Shown: positions 40,941 to 51,500 of the stretch, piece by piece | How positions within the stretch are numbered: the stretch's first letter is position 1 | How the letters are laid out: each line of letters starts with the position of its first letter | Source of the DNA: a bacterium | GTDB taxonomy: Bacteria; Zhuqueibacterota; Zhuqueibacteria; Residuimicrobiales; Krinioviventaceae | Length of the DNA stretch: 64,000 nucleotides | Direction: 5' to 3' | Assembly: GCA_963674595.2 (NCBI GenBank) | Contig: CAXXFV010000009.1 | Location: 32,001 to 96,000 of the forward strand | Program-made: the position numbers and the translations under genes | Notes under the pieces: generated by a model | Database searches by the model: none | What the model was told of the DNA's origin: nothing | What the model saw: the letters and a program-made list of their open reading frames with translations, nothing else

Positions 40941-41618
40941 ATGCACGGTAATTCTCTACAGGTTTTCAGCAACCAAACGGACATTCATCCAAACCTTGAA
41001 AAAACAATTGCCCATCACAAAACATCTGCTTATAAACGTCCCTATTCTGACCACACAGTAAAGGCCTTTCAAGAAATCATATCTATCTGGGAACAACATA
41101 GCGGTATTGTTATTCTGGATTCCTGTTGTGGTACAGGTTCCAGTTCAGTTTATTTTGCAAATAAAAATCCTGAAAGCCTTGTTATAGGTATAGACAAGTC
41201 ACCGGTTCGCCTGAAGAGAGGGTTGCATCACCCTGCGGTCATTCCGGATAATTTAATTCTTGTTCAGGCAAATGTTATTGATTTTTGGCGTCTTGCTCTT
41301 GAAAACCAAATGAGAGTCGATTACCATTATTTATTATACCCGAATCCCTGGCCGAAAAAGAAACACTTTAAACGAAGGTTTCACGCTCATCCGGTTTTCC
41401 CGGATTTTATTAAGCTGTGCCGAAATATTGAAATACGAAGTAATTGGGAAATCTATATCAGAGAATTTTCCCTGGCCATTGAGATAATAACGGGCGAAAA
41501 ATATACTTTTGAATCCTTTATACCGGAAAATTACATCAGTGATTTTGAAAAAAAGTATAAAAATAGCGGACATTTGCTTTATAAATTATTTTACAAAAAT
41601 AATGAAAAAATTATATAA
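40941..41618 (+). CDS. TrmB-like tRNA (guanine-N7) methyltransferase family protein
   Basis: LDSCCGTG SAM-binding motif, IGIDKS, YPNPWPKKKH..RR and RSNW..Y...FEKKY. Confidence 0.8.
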   Translation: MHGNSLQVFSNQTDIHPNLEKTIAHHKTSAYKRPYSDHTVKAFQEIISIWEQHSGIVILDSCCGTGSSSVYFANKNPESLVIGIDKSPVRLKRGLHHPAVIPDNLILVQANVIDFWRLALENQMRVDYHYLLYPNPWPKKKHFKRRFHAHPVFPDFIKLCRNIEIRSNWEIYIREFSLAIEIITGEKYTFESFIPENYISDFEKKYKNSGHLLYKLFYKNNEKII

Positions 41619-41623
41619 ATAAC

Positions 41624-41652
41624 TTGCATTCTTTTATAGATATTGTTAGATT
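41624..41652 (+). promoter_or_regulatory. Sigma70-type promoter for the ABC/kinase operon
   Basis: TTGCAT-N17-TAGATT with an extended TG, about 250 nt upstream of the first gene. Confidence 0.5.
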
Positions 41653-41901
41653 TAGGTTGTGGCACATAATTTGATCTCATAAAAATGAGATGAAAAGGCT
41701 GTTTTTTTTAAGCTTAAATGTGCAATGTAATGTGGCATCAAATGGCAAATGGGACGATGATGGGACGTGTGTGTGTGAAATTTGCTCCTCTTTATATCTT
41801 CATTCTCTTGTTTGTCCAAGATTATTTCAAATTTATGCATCATAGGAACGCATCCGCATTTATCATCTTGAAATTTTAAAACGATAAAGGTTAATACTTT
41901 A

Positions 41902-42864
41902 TTGGATCAAGACGTATTGTTAAATGTCGAGAATTTGTCCGTTCAGTATCATAATAACGGGCGAGTTCATCATGCTGTTAAACACGTTTCATTTTCTGTT
42001 TGCAAAGGGCAGCATACAGCCATTATCGGCGAGTCCGGTTGCGGCAAAAGCTCTTTGGCAACGGCACTTTTGCGATTACACCGTTATCTGGATGGCGCAC
42101 ATGTTTCCGGCCATATTTTTTTGAACGGAAATAATATCATGAAAATGAATGACTGTGAGATGAATAATATTCTCAGTAAAGATATTAGTCTGATTTTTCA
42201 GGATTTGTCGCTGTCTCTGGACCCGGTTATGACGGTGGGTAAACAAATAGAAAACGTGCTTAAAATTGCCAACAGTAATTCAGGCCCATTCTGTCGGAAT
42301 GAAACATTTTCTTTGTTGAAAAATGTCGGCCTGACACCGGAAAATGAAATATACAAAAAATATCCGCATCAGCTAAGCGGTGGAATGCGGCAGCGTGTTT
42401 TGCTGGCAATTGCTCTAGCCAATAATCCGGATGTGATAATAGCAGACGAACCGACGTCATCTTTGGATATGGTCCTCCAGGACGAGATCATGCGGCTTTT
42501 GTTTTCCTTTTGTCAGGAAAAACAGGCTACATTGTTATTTATAACACACGATCTTTCTTTGGCTTTTCAATATTTTTCCCGTTTTATCATTATGTATAAC
42601 GGGCAAATTGTTGAAATAGGTACCAGTGCTGATATACTGAAACAGGCTAAACATCCTTATACAAAATTATTGTTGAATGCTTTTTATAGTGATTGTGGTC
42701 AATCGGATACAAGTTTTACTTCCAGAAACGGACAGGACTCTGGTTGTATTTTTTACGCATTTTGTAACCAAAGAAAAACAAAATGTTTGCAAAATCCGCC
42801 GCTGATTTCTGTAAGTCACGAACATAAAGCAAGATGTTGGTTTATTGATGAAGAAACGAATTGA
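41902..42864 (+). CDS. oppD: Oligopeptide ABC transporter ATPase (OppD/DppD-like)
   Basis: GESGCGKS, YPHQLSGGMRQR, ADEPT and HPYT motifs with a Cys-rich C-terminus. Confidence 0.9.
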   Translation: MDQDVLLNVENLSVQYHNNGRVHHAVKHVSFSVCKGQHTAIIGESGCGKSSLATALLRLHRYLDGAHVSGHIFLNGNNIMKMNDCEMNNILSKDISLIFQDLSLSLDPVMTVGKQIENVLKIANSNSGPFCRNETFSLLKNVGLTPENEIYKKYPHQLSGGMRQRVLLAIALANNPDVIIADEPTSSLDMVLQDEIMRLLFSFCQEKQATLLFITHDLSLAFQYFSRFIIMYNGQIVEIGTSADILKQAKHPYTKLLLNAFYSDCGQSDTSFTSRNGQDSGCIFYAFCNQRKTKCLQNPPLISVSHEHKARCWFIDEETN

Positions 42865-43670
42865 TGAACAAGATTTTGTTAAAAATTGAACATTTGGCTA
42901 AAACCTATCATGGGCAAACTTTGTTTAAAGTGACTATGGATAAGAATGTTTTGTCGGATGTTTCTTTTTCTATTCAACAAAATGAATTTTTTGCACTGAT
43001 CGGATTGTCCGGAAAAGGCAAGTCCACTATTGCCTCAATCATCACAGGCTTGGAATCCTTTGACAACGGACATATTTATTTAGATGACGTGCCATTAAAA
43101 CAATTGTCGCAAGACGGAAAAGTTTCTTCATTTTGTCAAATGATTTTTCAGGACCCAATGGCGTCCTTGAATCCTTATAAAAAGATTCAGTTTTTGTTGA
43201 CTGAAGTTTTGCAGCTTGAGAATAAAAATCAGGATTTTTATCAGCAAGCAACGATTTGTCTGGAGCAGGTTGGTCTGGATAAATCTTTTTTATTAAAATA
43301 TCCGCATCAACTAAGCGGAGGAGAAGCGCAGCGTGTTTGTATAGCACGGGCACTCATTAGAAAACCAAGGCTTTTGATCTGTGATGAAATTACGTCCAAC
43401 CTGGACCGTGTGACGGAAAATGAGATAATGAATTTGGTAAATGGCCTGAAGGAAAATAAAAACATGTCGGTTTTATTTATAACCCATTCAATGGCCCTGG
43501 TTGAAAAATATGCAGATCGTATTGGAGTATTGCATAACGGACATATTGTGGAACAAGGTCCATCGGATAAAATTTGCCGATATCCGCAGCATAAAATAAC
43601 GCAGAAACTGGTTGAAATTACGCGATCCAGGCAGATAAATACATCAAACATGTGTTTGAGCGAGTGTTAA
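42861..43670 (+). CDS. oppF: Oligopeptide ABC transporter ATPase (OppF/DppF-like)
   Basis: GLSGKGKS, FQDP..SLNP, YPHQLSGGEAQR and CDE motifs. Confidence 0.88.
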   Translation: MMNKILLKIEHLAKTYHGQTLFKVTMDKNVLSDVSFSIQQNEFFALIGLSGKGKSTIASIITGLESFDNGHIYLDDVPLKQLSQDGKVSSFCQMIFQDPMASLNPYKKIQFLLTEVLQLENKNQDFYQQATICLEQVGLDKSFLLKYPHQLSGGEAQRVCIARALIRKPRLLICDEITSNLDRVTENEIMNLVNGLKENKNMSVLFITHSMALVEKYADRIGVLHNGHIVEQGPSDKICRYPQHKITQKLVEITRSRQINTSNMCLSEC

Positions 43671-44642
43671 ATGTCTAAATATATTTTTAAAAAAATATAT
43701 TCGGCCGGATTCCTGCTAATTGGAATTATTGTTTTTACTTTCTTTTTGTCCTCCATCGCACCGGGAAGTCCTGCTGCAAGATTGTTCAATCCGGCAGCCG
43801 GTGTAAAGGTAATGAAGGATATGGAGAAAAATATAGGATTTGACTTGCCGGTTTATAAACAGATGTTTAACTGGTTTAAAAATATACTAAAAGGTAATTT
43901 TGGACGTTCTTTCTCAAAAAATGAATCGGTGAACCATATGCTGGCGGAAGCAGTACCCAACACACTGCTGCTTACTGTTCCGGCTCTGGTTTTTCAGATT
44001 ATATTTGGTATGACTATCGGTGTTGTTCAGGTTTTACATCGCGGACAGAGCATAGACCGATTTTTAAGCATCATGGTACTGTTCATAATTGCTGTTCCAA
44101 CATTTTGGCTGGCCTTGATGTTGGTTATGTTGTTTTCGCAAAAATTAGGACTGTTACCGTCGTCGCACATGTTTACGTTTTCTTTTCAGCAAATGAATAT
44201 TGCCGAAAAATTTTTAGACCGCTTATATCATTTGGTTTTACCTGTTCTTTCTCTCGGACTGGTATCCGGTGCTTCCCTAGGCAGGTATGTGCGTAATTGT
44301 TTACTGGATGTAATGAGCAAACCTTTTGTTCGAACATTAAGATCAAAGGGTTTTTCAGATAGATATATTGTTTTAAAACACGCTTTGAGAAATGCAATGG
44401 TACCGATTGTAACTGTTATCGGACAATATTTCCCGGCGCTTATCGGCAGCTCTATTGTTATAGAGCTGATCTTTTCATGGCCGGGCATGGGACGAATGAT
44501 GATTTTTGCATGTTATGCCAGGGATTTTCCGGTAATTCTGGCCTGTACGCTTGTCATTTCTGCGTTTGTTGTTACAGGAAACCTGTTAGCCGATTTGCTC
44601 TGTGCATGGCTTGATCCGCGTATTCGATTTCAAAGGTATTAA
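43671..44642 (+). CDS. oppB: Oligopeptide ABC permease (OppB-like)
   Basis: RSKG....HALRNA, IELIFSWPGMG and LDPRIR motifs. Confidence 0.9.
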   Translation: MSKYIFKKIYSAGFLLIGIIVFTFFLSSIAPGSPAARLFNPAAGVKVMKDMEKNIGFDLPVYKQMFNWFKNILKGNFGRSFSKNESVNHMLAEAVPNTLLLTVPALVFQIIFGMTIGVVQVLHRGQSIDRFLSIMVLFIIAVPTFWLALMLVMLFSQKLGLLPSSHMFTFSFQQMNIAEKFLDRLYHLVLPVLSLGLVSGASLGRYVRNCLLDVMSKPFVRTLRSKGFSDRYIVLKHALRNAMVPIVTVIGQYFPALIGSSIVIELIFSWPGMGRMMIFACYARDFPVILACTLVISAFVVTGNLLADLLCAWLDPRIRFQRY

Positions 44643-45464
44643 ATGTTGAAACGAATTAAAAATAACAGACTATTTATCGTTTTAATATCATGTTTTGTCC
44701 TGATATTATTATTTGTTGCTTTAGGACCATTCATGATAAGCGCGGATGCTGTATCGCACCATTTAGATCAAAGCTATAAAGCACCGACTCTAAACAATTG
44801 GTTTGGGACCGACAAATTTGGTCGTGATGTTTTTAGCCGTGTTATGTATGGCGGCAGAATATCTTTTACTGTTGCTCTACTATCTGTTGTTTTGGCAGTT
44901 ATAATAGGCATACCCTATGGTTTGCTGGCAGGCTATACCGGTGGAAAAGTGGACGAGATTTTAAGCTGGTTTATTAATTTGTTTATGTCGATACCACAGT
45001 TTTTGCTGATCCTAACGGTTGTAGCCCTGTTTGAACCCAATTCTATTTCATGGATTGTTGTTGTTATCGGATTGTTAAGCTGGATGGATATTGCACGGTT
45101 GGTTAGAAATCAAACATATTCAATTAAGGAACAAACCTTTATTAAAGCGTCCGTAACATTGGGCCTTTCAAAAAAGAGAATTTTATATCATCATATTTTA
45201 CCCAACATGATGCCTTCGCTGATAGTGGCCTCGGCTTTGATGTTGGGAAATGTAATACTTTTAGAAGCAGCATTAAGTTTTATAGGTCTGGGTGTTCAGG
45301 CGCCCATTCCAAGCTGGGGAAATATAATTAATGACGGCAGACAAGTCCTTTTGGATGGATGGTGGATCAGTTTTTTCCCTGGCGTGGCTATTTTAATTAC
45401 AGTGACATGTTTAAATTTATTAGGAGAACAATTACAAAATATACTCGATATCAGAACAATATAA
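44643..45464 (+). CDS. oppC: Oligopeptide ABC permease (OppC-like)
   Basis: FGTDKFGRD, HILPN and EAALSFIGLG...PSWG motifs. Confidence 0.9.
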   Translation: MLKRIKNNRLFIVLISCFVLILLFVALGPFMISADAVSHHLDQSYKAPTLNNWFGTDKFGRDVFSRVMYGGRISFTVALLSVVLAVIIGIPYGLLAGYTGGKVDEILSWFINLFMSIPQFLLILTVVALFEPNSISWIVVVIGLLSWMDIARLVRNQTYSIKEQTFIKASVTLGLSKKRILYHHILPNMMPSLIVASALMLGNVILLEAALSFIGLGVQAPIPSWGNIINDGRQVLLDGWWISFFPGVAILITVTCLNLLGEQLQNILDIRTI

Positions 45465-45524
45465 CTAAAATTTTTGTGTGAATATTTTAACTTCAAGGGC
45501 GTAATAAATTTGGAGGATGATGGG

Positions 45525-46955
45525 ATGAAGGATGTGGATGACAGATATTATTCGCGTAAGGAACAAGAAAACAATAACACGGATTCGGATTTATTGGATG
45601 TTTTTGACGAGCTCGATCAGGAGTTGCTGACTCTGGATCAGGAAATTTCCGATAAATCTGAAGATGAAAAAATTGGAGACTGGAAATTCATTGCTGAGGT
45701 TTTGGAAACCTTCAGACTGATGAACAGTTCTCTTGATTTAAAGTCTGTGCTGGAACATGTGATGGATTCTGCTGTTTCTGTTATCAGAGCAGAGAGAGGT
45801 TTTCTTGTTCTTAAAGATTCCAATGGAAATTTGGAGTATAGAATTGCACGGGATTCTGACCGGAATTCGTTAACAGAAGGGGAGTTCAAAGTCAGTCAAA
45901 GCTTTTTAAAGGAAACTATACGAACAAAACAGTTTGTTTATGTAGAAGATGTATTGACGGAACAGGAATATTCTCCCAGTTTGAGTATTCAGCAGTTGAA
46001 ATTGAGAAGCATTGTATGTTGTCCTATGATCATTAACGAGGACCTGGTTGGTGTTATCTATGCTGACAGCTCAAAGCCTTTGATCGGAAAATCAAAAACA
46101 AAAAAACAGCTTTTCCAGCTATTTGCTGATCAGGCTGCCGATGCCATTCGTAATGCGCAATATTATGAAAGATTGAAAAAATCCTACGAACAACTTCAAA
46201 ACGCCCAGGAAAGTTTGTTATATGCGGAAAAAATGGCAGCCCGCGGTAAAGTTGCCGCAAAAATCGGACATGAGTTGAATAATCTTTTGTCAGGTATTTA
46301 TGGTAATCTGGAAATCGGTATCCTTTATGTTCAACGAGAAGAAAGTAAAGAAAAAGTATTAAATCACCTGAACAAGGTTGCTGAAATGCTGACAAGCATG
46401 ACCCGATTTTCACAGGGTTTAATGGACAACACTCAAATGGACACCAAACTTTGCGAAAGTAATTTAAATGATGTTGTTCATAGCTTTATAGAATTTGTAA
46501 AACCGGTATATCGCCGAACCAAGGCGACATTTGAAGAAAAGTATGATAATGATATACCACTTATCTATTTGGATCGCGGCCAAATTCAGCAAATTTTATA
46601 TAATTTAACCAAAAATGCTATTGAAGTTGAGCCGCAATCTCATATTACAATTGAAACCAGGTTTAAAAGGGAAGAAGGTAATATCGAATTACTTTTATCT
46701 GATAACGGCCCGGGTATGAAAAAAGAAAAAATTGATAAATTGTTTACACCTTTATTTACTGATAAATCCGACGGGCATGGATATGGTTTGAGTATTTGCC
46801 AGGCTATTGTCAAAAACCATAGCGGTTCTATTAAAGTGGAAAGTGAATTTGGAGAAGGAACTACCTTTATCATAACGATACCGATATTGCAGGAAGAAAT
46901 AAAAAATTCTCCTGATATTCAGTTAGCTGAAAATATTGACGAATTTATATATTGA
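45525..46955 (+). CDS. Cytoplasmic GAF-domain histidine kinase
   Basis: GAF motifs AERGFL and GVIYAD. H-box HELNN, N-box NLTKNA, DNGPG and GYGLS. No TM segment. GGAGG RBS before 45525 (track start 45474). Confidence 0.9.
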   Translation: MKDVDDRYYSRKEQENNNTDSDLLDVFDELDQELLTLDQEISDKSEDEKIGDWKFIAEVLETFRLMNSSLDLKSVLEHVMDSAVSVIRAERGFLVLKDSNGNLEYRIARDSDRNSLTEGEFKVSQSFLKETIRTKQFVYVEDVLTEQEYSPSLSIQQLKLRSIVCCPMIINEDLVGVIYADSSKPLIGKSKTKKQLFQLFADQAADAIRNAQYYERLKKSYEQLQNAQESLLYAEKMAARGKVAAKIGHELNNLLSGIYGNLEIGILYVQREESKEKVLNHLNKVAEMLTSMTRFSQGLMDNTQMDTKLCESNLNDVVHSFIEFVKPVYRRTKATFEEKYDNDIPLIYLDRGQIQQILYNLTKNAIEVEPQSHITIETRFKREEGNIELLLSDNGPGMKKEKIDKLFTPLFTDKSDGHGYGLSICQAIVKNHSGSIKVESEFGEGTTFIITIPILQEEIKNSPDIQLAENIDEFIY

Positions 46956-46964
46956 GAGTAGATT

Positions 46965-48539
46965 ATGAATAGAAAAACTTTATCTAAAGTTATTATTCTG
47001 CTGCTGCTGGTTTTCTCTTTTCATTGTGGAAAACAATCATCACAATCTGATTCATTGATTGTTGGAGTCAGCGGGGATACGGATTCTTTAAATCCATTGT
47101 TTTCCGTCTCTCGTTTGGGAAAAGAAATTTCACAAATGTTGTTTCTTAATCTTTTGGAAGAACAGCCTGACTTTTCGGAATTTAAGCCTGAACTTGCAGA
47201 TTCATGGGAAACACTGAACAATGGTGAAATTGTCAGGTTCCATTTAAACACCAGGGCCTTATGGACAGATGGCGTACCCGTAACGGCAAACGATGTGGAA
47301 TTTACTTTTGGTTTGCAAACAAACGAAAAAATTGGCTGGTCCGGGGCATCTGTTAAAGACCGTATTTCAAAGGTTGTTGCAGTTGATGATTCAACAGTAG
47401 AGTTTCATATATCAGAACCCTATCTGGACCAGTTAATGGATATTAATGACGGCGTTATTCTTCCAAAACACCAGCTTGAGGGTTTATCCGTTGAAGAGCT
47501 TAAAGATTTTTCATTTTCCAAAATGATTGTTGGTTCCGGGCCCTATAAAATAAAATCCTATGTTTCAAATCAGTATATTGAATTTATCAATAATCCGGAC
47601 TGCTTTAGAATTCAGCCTAAAATTAAACACATTGTATTTAAAATTATTCCGGATCAGAACCAAATGTTTACCCAATTGCAAACAGGTGAAATTCAGGTTC
47701 TGGATGGTTTGACACCTCAAAATGCCGCTGGTATCAAAGACAAAAAGTTAAATATAAATGTTCAATCTTTCCCCTATGTTCAGTATGTTGAAATTGCCTG
47801 GAATTTGAATAATCCTTTATTTGATAGTAAGGAAATAAGGACCGCCCTAACACAAGCGATAGATCGGGATGCTCTTGTAAATCATTTGTTGATCGGATAT
47901 GGCAGCAAAGCAAACAGTCCGATTCATCCGATGTTATGGGCCTATAAACAAGACCTGCCTGAACTCGCGTTTGATCCGCAGGCCGCAAAAAATATATTAA
48001 AGGCAAATGGGTGGATTGATTCTGATGGTGATGGTGTTATATCTAAAAATGGCAAACCTTTTGAGTTTAAGCTGGTTACCAATATTGGCAGCCAGGTTAG
48101 AGAGGATGCCATTATCATGGTCCAGGAAATGTTGGGAAAAGTAGGTATTAAGGTGGTTCCTCAAAAACTGGAATGGTCTGTTTATGTGGAAAAACTGTTG
48201 GGTAAACAATACGATGCCGTCTTGTTGGGTATGATGTCTCCGACCAAAGTTGATGTATACCCCGCGTGGCATTCATCAATGGCCGGACCGGATGGTTTTA
48301 ATTTCTCATGTTATCAAAACAGCACTGTTGATAAATTAATTGAAAATGCACGTAATTTAAAGGACAGAAAAGACGCCTTACCACTCTGGTACGAATTTCA
48401 GGAAATCATTGTATCTGACCAGCCTGCATCCTTTTTGTGGATTCCGGACAGAATTGTTGCTCTTGATCCTTCAATTAAAGGATTTAAATTCTCTCCTGTT
48501 TCAACGTTTTTTAATATATCAGAATGGTATTTTGATTAA
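46965..48539 (+). CDS. Peptide ABC substrate-binding lipoprotein (family 5, OppA/AppA-like)
   Basis: Lipobox SFHC. WTDGVPVTANDV, GSGPY and R.ALTQAIDR motifs. Confidence 0.9.
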   Translation: MNRKTLSKVIILLLLVFSFHCGKQSSQSDSLIVGVSGDTDSLNPLFSVSRLGKEISQMLFLNLLEEQPDFSEFKPELADSWETLNNGEIVRFHLNTRALWTDGVPVTANDVEFTFGLQTNEKIGWSGASVKDRISKVVAVDDSTVEFHISEPYLDQLMDINDGVILPKHQLEGLSVEELKDFSFSKMIVGSGPYKIKSYVSNQYIEFINNPDCFRIQPKIKHIVFKIIPDQNQMFTQLQTGEIQVLDGLTPQNAAGIKDKKLNINVQSFPYVQYVEIAWNLNNPLFDSKEIRTALTQAIDRDALVNHLLIGYGSKANSPIHPMLWAYKQDLPELAFDPQAAKNILKANGWIDSDGDGVISKNGKPFEFKLVTNIGSQVREDAIIMVQEMLGKVGIKVVPQKLEWSVYVEKLLGKQYDAVLLGMMSPTKVDVYPAWHSSMAGPDGFNFSCYQNSTVDKLIENARNLKDRKDALPLWYEFQEIIVSDQPASFLWIPDRIVALDPSIKGFKFSPVSTFFNISEWYFD

Positions 48540-48541
48540 AT

Positions 48542-51500
48542 TTGATGAAAGATAATTTGACACAACCTGAAAATTTTCAAAATACGGATGAGTTAATCAA
48601 TAACAGATACCGTGTTTTGAAAGAGTTAGGGCGGGGTGCAACGGGAATCGTATATCTTGTTCAGGATATGATTCGCGAACAAAAGGAATGTGTCCTCAAA
48701 ATTTTAAACAATTCAGTAAACAAAGATGATTTGATTATAGCGCAATTGCGTCAGGAGTTTAGCATTCTCTCCGCTATACATCACCCCAATTTAGTTAATG
48801 TTTACGATTTAAATCGGATAGCCGGTACACAAAAGTACTTTTTCACAATGGAGTTTGTAGCCGGTAAACCTTATCTGGAAAAAGCATCTGAATATGATGT
48901 TCAACAGCATTTACAGTTGTTTGTGCAGATTATTTTAGCGCTTGACTATATACATGCCAAGGGATTATATCACGGGGATCTGAAAAGTGATAATTTGTTT
49001 ATTATTCAGGATACCTGGGGTAAAGACCAGGTTAAAATTATGGATTTTGGCATGTCCGGTCAAAGAGGCAGCAAAGCAAAGGAAAATATCGGCGGCACAT
49101 TGGAATATGCTGCACCGGAATTGTTTCGCGGCAGCGGACATTCCATCCAATCCGATATTTATGCCCTTGGTATTTTATTTTATTGGGCCCTGGCAGGGAA
49201 ACCTCCGTTTAAAGGTTCGCCTGACGCTCTTAAAAAGGGCCATCTAAGTGCTTCTCCACCGGCTCTTCAGGGCCAAGTTCCCTATGATCTTGAACGTATT
49301 ATTATGCGAATGCTGGCAAAAGAACCGGACGAACGTTATAAATCCTGTGAGGATATTCTTGTCGATCTGGAAAATTCACTGGATTTGGATATTAATTCGC
49401 AATCTATTCTGGAATCATTGTTTTGGGATGGATTTGTTCAACATAATAAAAATATTTTAGAAAAGGTTATAAACAGGCATAATAGCAGTCCTTCTGACAG
49501 GGATGGACAAATAATCACGTTGTCCGGTTCGGAAGGGTCGGGAATAGATCGTGTTTTAGATGAGATTAAAAATAACCTCCAAATGCAGGAAGTGAACGCT
49601 TATGAAATTTGGTGTCAACATACACACTTGTCACCCTTTCAACCATTGGCAAATACCTTTAGAAATTTGGACGGGTTTGGCAAAATAGAAGAAAATTTTA
49701 AAGAATTTTTTGACAAACATTTTAACGCTGATTTTTTCAAAAAAGACAATCAAAAACACCGCCAGATAAACTTGACGACATTTATGGATGAGTGGGTTTC
49801 CTTTTTTTCCGAGTTGGGCCAAAAAAATCCTGTTTATATTATTCTCAGAAATGCCGAACAGGCTGCTGACTTGTTAATTAAGCTCTTTTACTATATTGCC
49901 CGTGCTTTGGACGGTCAAAATGTATTTATCTGTCTTACTTTTTCACCTGAAAAAAGTCAGGCCCAGGCCCTTATTCATCACGAAAATGCATCGTTGGAAA
50001 AGGTAAGTGAATTATCACTTGAACCTTTTTCTTTAAATGAAATGGAAGAGTTTCTTAAACTTGCTTTTTATGATATTTCCATACCAGCCCGATTTATTAA
50101 TGATTTAATAAAACATAGCGGCGGGCATCCGTCTGCCGTTGTTTCCATATTAATTGAATTATATAATAAAAATTATTTTATTCGGTCAGAAGGCCGGTGG
50201 ATTTTAAATGATGATTATCATTTAACCGATCTGGACCTGAGTAATTTTAACAAAATCTATTTATCTCTATACAGTTCTCTTACTGAAAATGAAAAAAAAC
50301 TGGCCCAATATATTGCTGTTTGGGGTGCGGCTGTTACCAAACCGATTATCAAAAGTTTAAATATTGCTGTTGATGATGTTGAGGATTTATTTCAACCTCT
50401 TGTTACGAAACGGCTTTTGAGGATTTTTACAATAAAAGATGAAGAGTTTTTTGATTTTGTTTCAGACTCTTTACGTCAGTTTGTTTACAATTCAATCTCC
50501 GCTACTCTGGTAAAAACTTTACATAAAGAAATTGTTGAATATCTTAAAAGCTATCCGGATAGTTTTCTTTCGCTGCATCTCAAAGCATTGCACTATTTAA
50601 AGAGCGGTGATTTTGAAAACGGATTTAAATTTTCAACAAGATCCATAAAACAGCTAAGCTTTTCTCAGGAAAATCGAAATGCTTTAATATTAGCGCGTTT
50701 TACCAGTTCATTGGCAAAAAAACAAAAAAAACGCATAAGAATGACTCTTTTACGGCGTATTGCAGAACTGGAACAGAATCTTGGAGAGACTGTTGATGCC
50801 ATTAAACACTTTATCCAACTCGTGGTCATGTATAGAAAAGGTGTCGCCAAATCTGCTGTATACCGGCGAATCTCTACACTGTATCAAAAAATGGGTGATA
50901 TTGATAAAGCCACAGAGGCGTTAAATTCCGCCTTGAAACAAATCGGTAAACAAGCTTTTATTGAACAGGCGCTTGTTTTGCGTGAATTGGCATGGATTGC
51001 CCTGATAAAAGGAGAAAATAAAAAATCCCTGGAATTGGGTCATCAGGCCCTTCAATCTCTTGATAATCAGACACCTTCCAAAGCGCTTGGACTGGCTTTG
51101 AACAGTATGGGGTCTGCATATTATTTTAATGGTGAAATAGATAAGGCAATCGAATATTTGCATAAAAGCATAGATATTCGGAAAAAATTGCATGATGATT
51201 GGGGTACGGCCGCCACGTTGAATAATTTGGGTGTTTTTTACAATGTAGCCGGCAAACAAGAACAGGCAATAAGTGTTTGGACCCAGGGTTTGGAATTACG
51301 TGAAAAAATTGGTGATATTTCCGGTATTGCCCAAATTTTGATGAATATGGGTGTGCTGTTGCTGGAGAGAGGGCAGTTTTCCCGTGCCTATTTAAATTAT
51401 AATAAATGTAAAATAATTAGGAAACGGACCGGTGATATACGCGGCCTTGTTGAAGTTTTGGGTAATTTGGGTGAATTGGAACGACTTCGGGAAGATTTTG

